Virus record (IMG/VR): IMGVR_UViG_3300050821_005389
Span: 32,001 to 96,000 of that record
Length of the DNA stretch: 64,000 nt
Direction: 5' to 3' (one strand)
Source of the DNA: a virus
Notes under the pieces: model-generated
The model's database searches: none
What the model was told of the DNA's origin: nothing
Seen by the model: only the letters and a program-made list of their open reading frames with translations
Made by a program: the position numbers and the translations under genes
Shown: positions 1-9,658 of the stretch, in pieces
Layout of the letters: every line of letters begins with the position of its first letter
Numbering within the stretch: position 1 is the stretch's first letter

Positions 1-2
1 TA

Positions 3-284
3 CTGGAACGTGGGCAGGTAAGAGATAAATATAATATTGTTGGTGAAAAAGAAGTTAGTAATCTCGAATTGGCTCAAATGATCGCCGCTATCTTAGACAA
101 GCCGCTGTATTATGAAATGGTTGACTTCCATTCCAGCCGTCCAGGTCACGACCTTCGTTACGCATTAGATGGAACTAAATTGAAAGAAATGGGTTGGGAT
201 ATACCTAAGAAATTTAATGATAGCCTCGAGAAAACTGTCCGTTGGATGATCCAGCCAGAAAATCTTCATTGGCTCGGCCTGTAA
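3..284 (+). CDS. rfbB: dTDP-glucose 4,6-dehydratase-like SDR, C-terminal part (5' end outside window)
   Basis: Frame is open from the window edge: LERGQVRDKYNIVGEKEVSNLELAQMI...RPGHDLRYALDGTKLKEMGW. YNIxG and RPGHDxRY are RmlB/RfbB C-terminal signatures. Confidence 0.85.
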   Translation: MERGQVRDKYNIVGEKEVSNLELAQMIAAILDKPLYYEMVDFHSSRPGHDLRYALDGTKLKEMGWDIPKKFNDSLEKTVRWMIQPENLHWLGL

Positions 285-300
285 TTAATTAAAGGAAAAA

Positions 301-3300
301 ATGCGACCGCAAAACCCTAAATCGCCGCCGATGTTCGCGCAGCTAGGTCCGAATCCGCAAGGCTTGGATATACTTCAAGTCGTTAATCCTGCGGGCGGTG
401 AAGGCATCGTTTACCGGTTGAATGAATTCCAGGCTAGTTGGTATGCAGGTTCAGGTAATCCGCCGACGATACCCGGCCAATTAGCGGGTAATCTTTATCT
501 TAACGTTACAAACGGTGACACTTGGCTCTGCAACGGATCAACCTGGACAGAAATAGCTAATCCGGCCGCTGGTGTTAATACGATTAACGGTTTGAACGGC
601 GATGTTACTATCGTCGGCGAAGAAGGTATTACTGTTACGTTATCCGGTCAACAGATTCAACTTCTCAATACGGGTGTTACGAGTTTAAATACTCTGACCG
701 GCGATATCTCTGTTACGCCCGGTGTTGGTATCCAAGTTGCTAATTCGGGCCAAAACATACAAGTTAGTAATACCCAGTTTACTATTTGGGCGGATATTCA
801 AAATTATGGTGGTGTTCCTAAGCCGCAAAGTATTACTCAACATACTACCGTAAACACAACTGGTGGCTTGCCAACTATTACCGTCGGAAGCGCACTGCCC
901 TATTTTCTGAACGGATCGGGTGTTTGTATCTGGCAAGGAGGAGTAGCTACTAGCCAATCAACGCCATCAGCTCCGACTGTTACTTCTCCGCCTGTTTCCG
1001 GTTCTCAAACTATAACTTATAAAATAGTCGGCGTTGATATGCAGTGTGGTTTGACTGCGGCGTCTTCGGCAGCAACGGTTTCAGCGCCTGCGGTATTTAG
1101 TCCCGTTGCGCAGGCAATCAGTTCTATAACAGCGTCGGCTGGAACAGTTACAGCTAATTTTGCCGCGCCGCTAAATACAACTGTTACGGCCGGCATGACG
1201 ATTCATATCGTCGGCGTAACCGGATCAGGTAGTGGTTGGAACGGTGTTTACACAATTGCTACGGCGCCAACTACGAGTCAAATAACTTATGCTGTCGTAG
1301 GTGCGACTGGTACAGGTACGGTTACCGGTGCGACTGGTCGAGTCAGCAATACGCAACTTATCACCGCGATTTCAAGAAATTCTTCCGGTGTTATCTCTGT
1401 CACGACTAGTCAAAATCATAATTTTAACGTCGGAACCGGAGCGCAACCAACAATCGTAATTATCGAAGGAGTCCAGCCTTACGATTTACAAGGACATTTC
1501 GTTTTAGCAACGACGCCTACTCCTACTACATTTACTTGTAATACTGGGAACTATAGAGCAGAAACTGGAACTTTAAATGCAAACGGAGCAGTTCAATCCG
1601 GATCACGCAATGCCGCATCCGCAACCGTCTGGGAATACACTTATCTAGCGTGTCCTGCTTTGTCTGGTACTACCAAGCAGTATTATATTTATTCGGATAA
1701 CGCGTCTCCCGGCGGTGCTTTAAATTTAATAGGTAAAACTCTTTACGGTGAAAGTCATTTTACTGATTACGGACCGAATTACGGCGGTGGCTTTGTTGCA
1801 CCAGGATATGTACCTACTACGGCACCTTCTGTTGCGCAAAATCAGCTTTTCTCGACGACGATTTTAAGCGGCCAAGGAACTACCAGTTTAACTCTAGCTG
1901 CCAATGTTCCGTCAACAGTAACAGGCGGCACGATATTGTACGACGACGGGCCGGCTTTAATCGCTGCCTGTAATGCTTTTCCTACCAGCGTCGATTCCAG
2001 CGGTCAAGTCGTCTTGTCTCCGTTGCGTAATCCTAATTCTATATCGCTACCGATGTATATGTTTAATTCTCCTATTAGCATTCCGGCTCTTAGAGAGATC
2101 ATCGTCGCTAGTGGAATGTGGATAAACGAGACGATTTATTTAAATCAATACGTAAGAATGAACGGATCCGCAGCGGCTAATTTTTCCGCAGCGTCTGATT
2201 TTACTGCCGTCGCTAATCCCATTTTATTTGGATTAGCCAGTCCGATGATTCAAGCGGGCATAGATCCAACGATTCAAACTACTGGATTTGTTTTTTCTAA
2301 CTTGCTTTTTCAGTGTACTCTTCAGAATATTAATGGACAATATGGGCTTTCTTTATTGGGTAGTAATTACGTAGAAATTTCAAATTGTGTCTTTGTGAGT
2401 TCGGATGCTTTAGCTGGCGGTACTAATGTTCCGTTGATGCTTAACGGAAACTGCGTCTCGGTTGATATTAATAATATTACTTACGACGGCGCAAGTGTAT
2501 ACGGCGATAATCAGCCGATCGGTCAGAGTTGTTGGGGGCCGTGTATAGGTAATATCGTCGTCAGAGCATCTGATAACCCCGGACAAGGAAATCAATCGCC
2601 TTCAAAAATTGTTATCTCCGGGATGAATACCTCGGCTAATCGAGGCATTTTAATCGACGGCCAGTATGCAACTACTAATAGTGCCGCCGATTTTGAATTC
2701 AGTCAAATATGGAATCAAGCCCCGACGACGCCGGCCGTAATGTTTTCTGGTTTCCAATCCCTGCCTCCTTCGGACATTCGAGTGCATCAGATCGTTAACG
2801 ATAGCGAGGCGACAGCGATTTTGGCAAATTGGACACCGCTGATTAATTCGGTTTTAATTGGAAACTGTGAAACGACTAATTCTGTTGTACCGTTAGTGAC
2901 CGGAAACTACATAAACGGTCTAGAAACTTACGGTAATATGACTCCTTTAGTCGGTCAGAATATAAACCGAACCGTAACCTTTTACGGGCCGGCGAATATA
3001 GGATCTGTCGTAACTACACCGCCGTATGAAGCAATTCAATCCAATACTTTTGCGCAAAGTCTAGGATTGACAGGAACAATTTTTAGTGCTTTTCCGTCTA
3101 CAACTGTAACAGCAGTGGCAACACACGGTGGCAGCATTCCGGCCGGAACTTATCCAGTTGTAGTAACTTTTGTAGGTTGGGACGGTGGAGAAGGCGGTCC
3201 TAATCCAAATATTCTTTTAAATGATCTGCCTGTTAATGTAACTTTGGCGGGGGCTAGTTTAGGAATTCAAGTAAGTTGGACGCCGCAGAGTGGCACGCAA

Positions 3301-3771
3301 GGCGCGTACATTTACATCAATGGGTTTAGAAATACGACGCTTTATACTACGTCGCCGCAGACTTTTACATCTTTGCCGGCAGATCATTCTCAGCCCCTTT
3401 GGGAAGGTTCCGGATTGCCTTTGTTGAATTCTTCCGGACTTTACACGCCGCAAATCGTAATGGCTTCCGGTTCAAACGAACTTGTTATAGCAACTCCAAC
3501 GATGACCGGTAATCGTACGATGTCATTTTGCGACGGAGCGAATAGTTCGGTAGTTTCTACGACTTTGACAACGACATTGAACGCATCGCCTTATGCGGTT
3601 ACATTGCAAGGCGCGACTAGCTCGAGTCACGCTTGGTTGCAACCAGCTAATGCTGCGGCAGCTACGGGATTGACCAGCGCCTATATTTCGGGCGTCGGTA
3701 CAGGAACGGTTACGGTAGTTACTTCAGGTACGGCGAGTCAAAACTTTAACGTATTTGCGACGGTGAACTAA
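301..3771 (+). CDS. Tailspike / tail fibre with beta-helix (pectate-lyase-like) region
   Basis: 1156 aa, Ser/Thr/Gly-rich. 34-aa tandem repeat GVNTINGLNGDVTIV/GVTSLNTLTGDISV. Split beta-helix cap WADIQNYGG...DDGPALIAAC followed by Asn-rich rungs. RBS AAGGA upstream. Confidence 0.7.
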   Translation: MRPQNPKSPPMFAQLGPNPQGLDILQVVNPAGGEGIVYRLNEFQASWYAGSGNPPTIPGQLAGNLYLNVTNGDTWLCNGSTWTEIANPAAGVNTINGLNGDVTIVGEEGITVTLSGQQIQLLNTGVTSLNTLTGDISVTPGVGIQVANSGQNIQVSNTQFTIWADIQNYGGVPKPQSITQHTTVNTTGGLPTITVGSALPYFLNGSGVCIWQGGVATSQSTPSAPTVTSPPVSGSQTITYKIVGVDMQCGLTAASSAATVSAPAVFSPVAQAISSITASAGTVTANFAAPLNTTVTAGMTIHIVGVTGSGSGWNGVYTIATAPTTSQITYAVVGATGTGTVTGATGRVSNTQLITAISRNSSGVISVTTSQNHNFNVGTGAQPTIVIIEGVQPYDLQGHFVLATTPTPTTFTCNTGNYRAETGTLNANGAVQSGSRNAASATVWEYTYLACPALSGTTKQYYIYSDNASPGGALNLIGKTLYGESHFTDYGPNYGGGFVAPGYVPTTAPSVAQNQLFSTTILSGQGTTSLTLAANVPSTVTGGTILYDDGPALIAACNAFPTSVDSSGQVVLSPLRNPNSISLPMYMFNSPISIPALREIIVASGMWINETIYLNQYVRMNGSAAANFSAASDFTAVANPILFGLASPMIQAGIDPTIQTTGFVFSNLLFQCTLQNINGQYGLSLLGSNYVEISNCVFVSSDALAGGTNVPLMLNGNCVSVDINNITYDGASVYGDNQPIGQSCWGPCIGNIVVRASDNPGQGNQSPSKIVISGMNTSANRGILIDGQYATTNSAADFEFSQIWNQAPTTPAVMFSGFQSLPPSDIRVHQIVNDSEATAILANWTPLINSVLIGNCETTNSVVPLVTGNYINGLETYGNMTPLVGQNINRTVTFYGPANIGSVVTTPPYEAIQSNTFAQSLGLTGTIFSAFPSTTVTAVATHGGSIPAGTYPVVVTFVGWDGGEGGPNPNILLNDLPVNVTLAGASLGIQVSWTPQSGTQGAYIYINGFRNTTLYTTSPQTFTSLPADHSQPLWEGSGLPLLNSSGLYTPQIVMASGSNELVIATPTMTGNRTMSFCDGANSSVVSTTLTTTLNASPYAVTLQGATSSSHAWLQPANAAAATGLTSAYISGVGTGTVTVVTSGTASQNFNVFATVN

Positions 3772-3971
3772 TGGCTTGGAGCCAAATTGACTCACGCAAT
3801 TATTATATCTTTCCAAATAGAACTTTAAATGTTCAAGGAACGTTGACGTATACAGTTCAAACGTCGAGTAACGCTGCGGTACCAGGTAAAGATAGTCGTG
3901 TTACAAAATCTACGGATAGTAGAATTTCTCCGAATATTCCTCAGAATAGTCGGAATGCGCCACCCTTTTAA
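3771..3971 (+). CDS. Small hypothetical protein in the virion operon
   Basis: 66 aa, TAATG-coupled on both sides, repeated D/N-S-R motif. Confidence 0.6.
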   Translation: MAWSQIDSRNYYIFPNRTLNVQGTLTYTVQTSSNAAVPGKDSRVTKSTDSRISPNIPQNSRNAPPF

Positions 3972-5044
3972 TGCCTTATACAAATACAGCTTCTACAGTT
4001 CGATTACAAAGGATTGTAAACTTAGCGAAAGCGAGAGGGGACATAAATCCAGTCCTAAACTTGCCCGCTTCGGATACGACCGTACCACTAGCTATCGCCA
4101 ACGATGCGATGAATGATATTTGTTCTCTTCCGTTTCCACAAAAATGGAATGAGATGATCATTCCGCCGTTTTATACTTCGAGCTTTCAGCAAGATTATGC
4201 CGGAATTTATCCGAACGGATCTTCTATTACGAATCTCAGTTGGCTCGAGCGTGGAATTGTCGTAGATATTAATAACGATGCTCAACCGAAACCTTATGAG
4301 CCTTTAGAGGTTGGGCGCCAGTTACCGCAAGCAACCGGAACGTTTTGGAATTCGGCGACGAATAACCCACTATTCTTGGTAAATTATTACCCGAATAACA
4401 CTCTTTATTATGGTACGTGGGGCGCAGCTAACAACGGTACAGGTTCTTTAGGAAATAATCCTACGCCGGGTTCTACATATACGTTCCCGCTCGGTGTAAA
4501 TAGTCAACCAGCCAATCCTATCACACAGATTCAAGATGCCAACGGTAATTTTCTAGTATTGACTACGTACGGTACGACGGGTGGAGTAGCGCCGGTTCTT
4601 CCTGCTTTGTCTACTCCCGGAACAACGATTCCAGACGGCTCATGTGTCTGGACTGTTGTAGATCCGAACGGGCAAGGATTTCGTATCGTACCGGTTCCTT
4701 CTTCTACTGGCTTAGTGTGGCAGTTTAATCTCGTAGGTCAGATGTTGCCTGTCCGATTCACGAATCTTCAGCAAACATTGGCGCCGTTGCCTGACCAGTA
4801 CGAACCTAACTTTCGGCAGATATTTATCGCGAGATGTTACCAGTACTCTCCAGAATCTGGTATTAGAGCGAAGTTTAAAGATGAACACGCCTTAGCTATG
4901 GAAGCACTCGTCAACTGTATGAAAAAGTCCGATAGAGAAACAGAAGAGAATATTTTTACGCCGGATCGTTCCATAATGTCTGGTGGGCAGCGTGGTGGCC
5001 GTAGGTTCGGGCCACAATTCCCGTTCAATTATAGCGGTCAATAA
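3971..5044 (+). CDS. Putative head-tail adaptor / tail tubular protein A-like, with one inserted Trp/Gly repeat module
   Basis: Lies before the nozzle-like gene. Motifs FPQKWNE, QQDY, LAPLPDQY are shared with the next ORF. Confidence 0.6.
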   Translation: MPYTNTASTVRLQRIVNLAKARGDINPVLNLPASDTTVPLAIANDAMNDICSLPFPQKWNEMIIPPFYTSSFQQDYAGIYPNGSSITNLSWLERGIVVDINNDAQPKPYEPLEVGRQLPQATGTFWNSATNNPLFLVNYYPNNTLYYGTWGAANNGTGSLGNNPTPGSTYTFPLGVNSQPANPITQIQDANGNFLVLTTYGTTGGVAPVLPALSTPGTTIPDGSCVWTVVDPNGQGFRIVPVPSSTGLVWQFNLVGQMLPVRFTNLQQTLAPLPDQYEPNFRQIFIARCYQYSPESGIRAKFKDEHALAMEALVNCMKKSDRETEENIFTPDRSIMSGGQRGGRRFGPQFPFNYSGQ

Positions 5045-5050
5045 GGATTC

Positions 5051-5773
5051 ATGTCTTACACTCTACAGCAAACTATAAATTGGGCGCAGACATATGTTCA
5101 GTATATTCCTTTAACTGCGGGAACGGGAAATGAGCCTGCTATTTCTATAGGTAATACGGTTCAATCTACCATTTTAAACGCACCTTTTGTTTGGCCATTT
5201 AATCGTAACGAATTTCCGATTGTTTTAGTCACGGGTCAACAAGATTATGTTTTTGATGTAACCGACTTTGCTTATTTAGAAAAAGTTTCGTTGTTAAGCG
5301 CGGACGGTAGTGATGGTTTTGAAGTCAAGGATGTTTATAACACGAATATTTTAGGATTGGCGGCAACAGGTAGTACGGCTCAACCCAATGCTGTTGCTGT
5401 GAAACTATATACTCCGGATACCAGTATTGCGCTGCGATTTTTAAGTAATCCCGATCAAGCGTACACCGGAACGTTAACTTATCAAGTTATTGTAGATCCT
5501 TTTACTGCTTTGGACGACCCTTGGGCGCCGATTCCCGACAGTTTCATTGACATTTTTAATAACCTTTTCTTGGCTGAAGTCATGGCTGTCGCAGATGATG
5601 CTCGAGAACAGCTTTATCGTCAACGTGGTATCGCTGCTCTCTTATCTAAGGCAGAAGGTTTGACTGAAATGCAGCGTAACGTTTATCTCGCTCAGTATCT
5701 TGCCCGCGGCTCTTCTATGACGTTGGCTGCGCAATTGAGAACGCAACAGGCAATTCAAGCGCGTGGGTTGTAA
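5051..5773 (+). CDS. Putative head-tail adaptor / tail tubular protein A-like (paralog of previous ORF)
   Basis: 240 aa with FVWPFNR, LVTGQQDY, WAPIPDSF and a helical C-terminus, as expected for a podovirus adaptor. Confidence 0.6.
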   Translation: MSYTLQQTINWAQTYVQYIPLTAGTGNEPAISIGNTVQSTILNAPFVWPFNRNEFPIVLVTGQQDYVFDVTDFAYLEKVSLLSADGSDGFEVKDVYNTNILGLAATGSTAQPNAVAVKLYTPDTSIALRFLSNPDQAYTGTLTYQVIVDPFTALDDPWAPIPDSFIDIFNNLFLAEVMAVADDAREQLYRQRGIAALLSKAEGLTEMQRNVYLAQYLARGSSMTLAAQLRTQQAIQARGL

Positions 5774-8700
5774 TGGCGCCTAATTTACTTCAGAACGCAG
5801 GCGCACAGCCGAACAAGCAACCGAAATATGTTCCGATTTTTATCGATCGGGCGTTTACCGGCATCTGGACGCAGCGTTCTGTACTTCACGATCCCTCGGA
5901 TATTGCGACGGCCCACTTTTATGGCGGTAGGCCGGATGCTCTTTGGCAAGGTTCAAACGTAGAGTTAACTAACAGATTGACGCTGCAACGCCGTCCCGGA
6001 TTGACTCCTTTTTCCGCCGCGACTTATCCGACGCCTCCGCAACGAGCTTTTGCGTTTGAATTAACCAACGGAACGATTCGGGTAATTATCGATACAGGTC
6101 CGAGTCCGGTATTTAATCTGTCATCAGTAAACGCGATTAGCGGTGCGGCGTATTATATCTTTACGTCGCCCGTGACATGCGCGGCGAATAATGCTTACGT
6201 CGGATTGATTTTTAACATCACCGGATTTGACCAGACGACTAATAACGGCGCATTCACTTGTACCGCTTCGACAAGTAGTTATTTACTTCTTTCGAATGCC
6301 TCGGCTATTAACGATACTTCGGCGGCGACCGCGGTAACTTCCGGTGGAGTTTATTGGGATACACAAGTCGGCGGTATTAGTTATCTGCTGTTTGCTAAAT
6401 CGGCTGATGCGGGTCAGACCGGATTTGTTTCCGTCGCTGGTACGCTTTATATGGGTGACGGCGTTGATACTAGGAAGTATACGCCGCTTAATAACAACGG
6501 TACGATTGCTAATAGTGTTGCCGGTCAAGGATCGATTTGGAATTATAGTATTGCCGCGCCGACTAGCCAGCCGGCTGTCACTATAGTAGAGTCCGGTGCA
6601 TCCGCTGTCCCTTGGGAGTCGTCGACATTTTACTCGACGATGGGCCTGTTAGTTGACAGTAACGGTAACATTGAGTACCTAACCGGTATTAATAATTCCG
6701 GAACCAATACTACTCAGTTCGGAACGACTGGCCAAGGGCAACCGCAGTGGAGTAGCGTTACTGGTAACCCGCCTGCGTCTGGTGAAGACGGTAGTTGTAA
6801 CTGGCTTTGCGCCGGGTCGTTATCTTTGTGGCAATCACAGACTGCCTACACCACCGGCGCTTGTATCTACGTTCCTGGTGTTGGCGGAACACCGCTGCCC
6901 GCTTTTTCAGAAACCAACGGGAATAATACCGGTGTCGGAGTTAATTGTCCTGGTACAACCGGTGGCGGTATTTGGCAAGCGTTTCCACACGGTGGTACTT
7001 CTGGATCGTCGACTCCTAAGTGGAGTCCGATTTCTAATACTCATACCGACGATTTTAATGGTACTGGTTCGAATGATATCGAGTGGCAATATCTCGGTCC
7101 GGCTATTCTATGGCAGCCTAACCACATTTATAACTCGTGGTGGGAACATCTCCAGATGTGCGTCGTTGAGCCATCTTTGCCTAATTTAGCTCTTCTTGAA
7201 GCTGGAACTCAGACGATTTTCGTTCAAACAAATAATAATCAATCTACTGGCAGTGTCAACGTTCAAGGAACTTCTGGATCCGGATATACTCCGCCGTGGC
7301 CTCTAGCAGCCAATACTAGCCCTAGTTCAGTAGGTCAAACTACGGGCGACGGCGATTTACAGTGGATTTGTCTCGGTTGGGGAACTTGGAAAGTTGACAC
7401 CGAATACGTTGCGTGGACCGCTGGCGCCAGCCAATTTAGTGCTATTAAAGACGGTAACAACAATTTTCAAGTTTGTCTTCAGGGTGGATTGTCTGGAATC
7501 AACATTGCTGCTACGCCTTATAACGGTTGGTTGCCTTCGCATGTTTATGCTACTAGCGCATTGATCGCGGTTAAGAGTACGGGTGGTTATTATCAATTTT
7601 CTGTATTGTTTGGCGGAGGAACTAGTAGTAGATCTACCGAACCGGTTTGGAATTTTACTACAGGTAATAACACGCATGACGGCAGCATAACTTGGCGATG
7701 CAACGGCCCGTTGCCGGCCAGTCAAGCGGTTTGGGGAACTACGTATGGTGCTCAGACACGAGATAACGAAGTTATTTGGACGTGTGTTGGCTCGGCAGTA
7801 GATTCTACCTGGACAGCTAGTACTCAGTGGTATTTTCCGGCCAGCGGTTTTGCTGCACCTACGTCCTCACAGGCTTACGGTGGTGCGGAAGTCATCGCAA
7901 ACGGCGATGTTCAAATTGTAATTGATTCCGGATTATCTGGATCGGCTACGCCGCATTGGGGGGCTATTGGTACTACCACGCAAGACGGTTTTGCTGTTTG
8001 GTATACCAATTCAGTTGTAAGTCCGAATTCGTTAGCGTGGCAAGTCGGATATGTTTACGCATATTCTTATAAAGCCCGCTCGTTAGACGATTATTATTCT
8101 ACACCGAGTTACGTTTATACAGGACCCGGACAGAGTACTTTCCAGATTCCGATTCCTCCGGGATTGAAATCAGCGTTACCGCCGCCATCAGGCTCGGAGA
8201 CGGAAGGTATTTCTACCGCCTCGCCGGTGTTTACAATCACAGGCGTGAATGCTGGCGCGGTTAACTATGTTACGGTTACAGGTTCTTTAGATCCGCAAGT
8301 TGACACGATTGTTATTTGGCGGTCTGCTGACGGGGGCGGACCGAGTAACATGTTCGAGTTGACCGAGATACCTAACCCAAAGCCAGTCAACGGGGCGCCG
8401 GGTGTAGCAACTTTTGCAGATTATTTACCAGATGTGGCTACTCTTTCGGCGACAGGGGTATTGTATCCTGGACTTGATGAAGAAATACCCGCTCCAATTG
8501 ACGGTATAAACAATCCCCCGTTAAGCAATTTTATTCCTATGACGTATAATTTTCAGCGGATATGGGGTGCGGCTGGGCAAGAAGTTCTTTGGAGTGGTGG
8601 TCCCGATACGTTGACAGGCACCCCGAATGAAGCTTACAACGTGTCGGATAATTTCAGTTACCTCGCGAACGTAACTAGAATAGTTAAGAATTCGCAAGGC

Positions 8701-9591
8701 CAAGTAGTTTTTTTAACCGACAGCGTAGAATTTATTGCGGGCGGCCCATCGACTCAATCATTTTTTTCTATAACGCTAGCCCCTGGAATAGGCTTAAATA
8801 ACTTTAACGCCGTCGATGTTTATGCTGGAGATCTGGTCTTCTTTTCATCTGATTCACAGTTGAAAAGCATTAACCCCTCTTTGCAATTGGCTAATATGGG
8901 TTTTCCGATCGGAGATCAGTTAGCTCTACTAGATTCGTCCGAAGTTGGCGTGGCGTATCACCAAAACGGAATCGATAATGCAATTTACGTAAGCGATAAC
9001 GATACCGGTTGGTGGCGTGTAAATCCTAGACAAATTCCGGGCGGCCTCAACGGCCCCGAGCCCGTCTGGAGCACTTTTTCCGCGATCACGGGCGGGGCGG
9101 GTATGGTTCAATCTGTTGAAACAACTCCCGGTATTAAGCAACTTTTAGTGGGTGGTACGGGGTGTAATCAACAAATATTGGTTAGGAATTTAAACGTATT
9201 TACCGATTATGTAAATGGGGTACAAACCCCTTACGATGCTTATTTTGTTATGGGTAGTGTGGTTTTAGCGCATCCCGGCCAATTGGCTATTTTACGTTTT
9301 ATTGAAATGGATTGTAGTGGCGTAAATTATCAACCTGTTGTTTCGGTTCTATTGAATGAGATTTCGGGAAATTTCCAAGTGCTCCCAACGACAGATGTTT
9401 TTGATCCGCCTAGCTTGTATGGTACTACAATCTCTCCTACGAGTTATTCTCCCCAAAGGTGGTATTTTGCGTCGACCGGTAGTTTAGCTCGCGCACGTCA
9501 TATACAAATAAAATGCGATCTAGGAACCACGAGTAATGGGGATGAAGTCTTGTCGCTAACAATTTACGGACGACTTATGGTAGAATTATAA
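5773..9591 (+). CDS. Putative tail nozzle / stabilisation protein (P22 gp10 / T7 gp12-like) with inserted repeat array
   Basis: 1272 aa. N-terminal NVELTNRLTLQRRPG, propeller-like C-terminal half (RIWGAAGQEVLWS), terminal RARHIQIK. Six W...Y..G...GxSG..PxW...TxDG...WxCxG modules in the middle. Confidence 0.65.
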   Translation: MAPNLLQNAGAQPNKQPKYVPIFIDRAFTGIWTQRSVLHDPSDIATAHFYGGRPDALWQGSNVELTNRLTLQRRPGLTPFSAATYPTPPQRAFAFELTNGTIRVIIDTGPSPVFNLSSVNAISGAAYYIFTSPVTCAANNAYVGLIFNITGFDQTTNNGAFTCTASTSSYLLLSNASAINDTSAATAVTSGGVYWDTQVGGISYLLFAKSADAGQTGFVSVAGTLYMGDGVDTRKYTPLNNNGTIANSVAGQGSIWNYSIAAPTSQPAVTIVESGASAVPWESSTFYSTMGLLVDSNGNIEYLTGINNSGTNTTQFGTTGQGQPQWSSVTGNPPASGEDGSCNWLCAGSLSLWQSQTAYTTGACIYVPGVGGTPLPAFSETNGNNTGVGVNCPGTTGGGIWQAFPHGGTSGSSTPKWSPISNTHTDDFNGTGSNDIEWQYLGPAILWQPNHIYNSWWEHLQMCVVEPSLPNLALLEAGTQTIFVQTNNNQSTGSVNVQGTSGSGYTPPWPLAANTSPSSVGQTTGDGDLQWICLGWGTWKVDTEYVAWTAGASQFSAIKDGNNNFQVCLQGGLSGINIAATPYNGWLPSHVYATSALIAVKSTGGYYQFSVLFGGGTSSRSTEPVWNFTTGNNTHDGSITWRCNGPLPASQAVWGTTYGAQTRDNEVIWTCVGSAVDSTWTASTQWYFPASGFAAPTSSQAYGGAEVIANGDVQIVIDSGLSGSATPHWGAIGTTTQDGFAVWYTNSVVSPNSLAWQVGYVYAYSYKARSLDDYYSTPSYVYTGPGQSTFQIPIPPGLKSALPPPSGSETEGISTASPVFTITGVNAGAVNYVTVTGSLDPQVDTIVIWRSADGGGPSNMFELTEIPNPKPVNGAPGVATFADYLPDVATLSATGVLYPGLDEEIPAPIDGINNPPLSNFIPMTYNFQRIWGAAGQEVLWSGGPDTLTGTPNEAYNVSDNFSYLANVTRIVKNSQGQVVFLTDSVEFIAGGPSTQSFFSITLAPGIGLNNFNAVDVYAGDLVFFSSDSQLKSINPSLQLANMGFPIGDQLALLDSSEVGVAYHQNGIDNAIYVSDNDTGWWRVNPRQIPGGLNGPEPVWSTFSAITGGAGMVQSVETTPGIKQLLVGGTGCNQQILVRNLNVFTDYVNGVQTPYDAYFVMGSVVLAHPGQLAILRFIEMDCSGVNYQPVVSVLLNEISGNFQVLPTTDVFDPPSLYGTTISPTSYSPQRWYFASTGSLARARHIQIKCDLGTTSNGDEVLSLTIYGRLMVEL
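6610..8010 (+). repeat. Six degenerate Trp-rich protein repeats (CBM5/12-like), one nested inside another
   Basis: Starts PWESSTFY, LWQSQTAY, LWQPNHIY, TWKVDTEY, GWLPSHVY, TWTASTQW. Ends DGSCNWLC, DIEWQYLG, DGDLQWIC, DGSITWRC, DNEVIWTC, DGFAVWYT. Boundaries approximate. Confidence 0.75.
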
Positions 9592-9607
9592 AGTTGTGGC
9601 TAACAAA

Positions 9608-9654
9608 TAGGGGGGTGCCAGTTACACCCCTCTAATCCTTTAACTGGAAGGATT
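9608..9654 (+). promoter_or_regulatory. Twin-hairpin element with complementary loops covering the RBS of the HNH gene
   Basis: Hairpin 1 TAGGGGGGTG-CCAGTTA-CACCCCTCTA (9608-9634). Hairpin 2 AATCCTT-TAACTGG-AAGGATT (9634-9654). The loops are exact reverse complements. GGAAGGA at 9646-9652 precedes the ATG at 9659. Confidence 0.7.
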
Positions 9655-9658
9655 TTTT

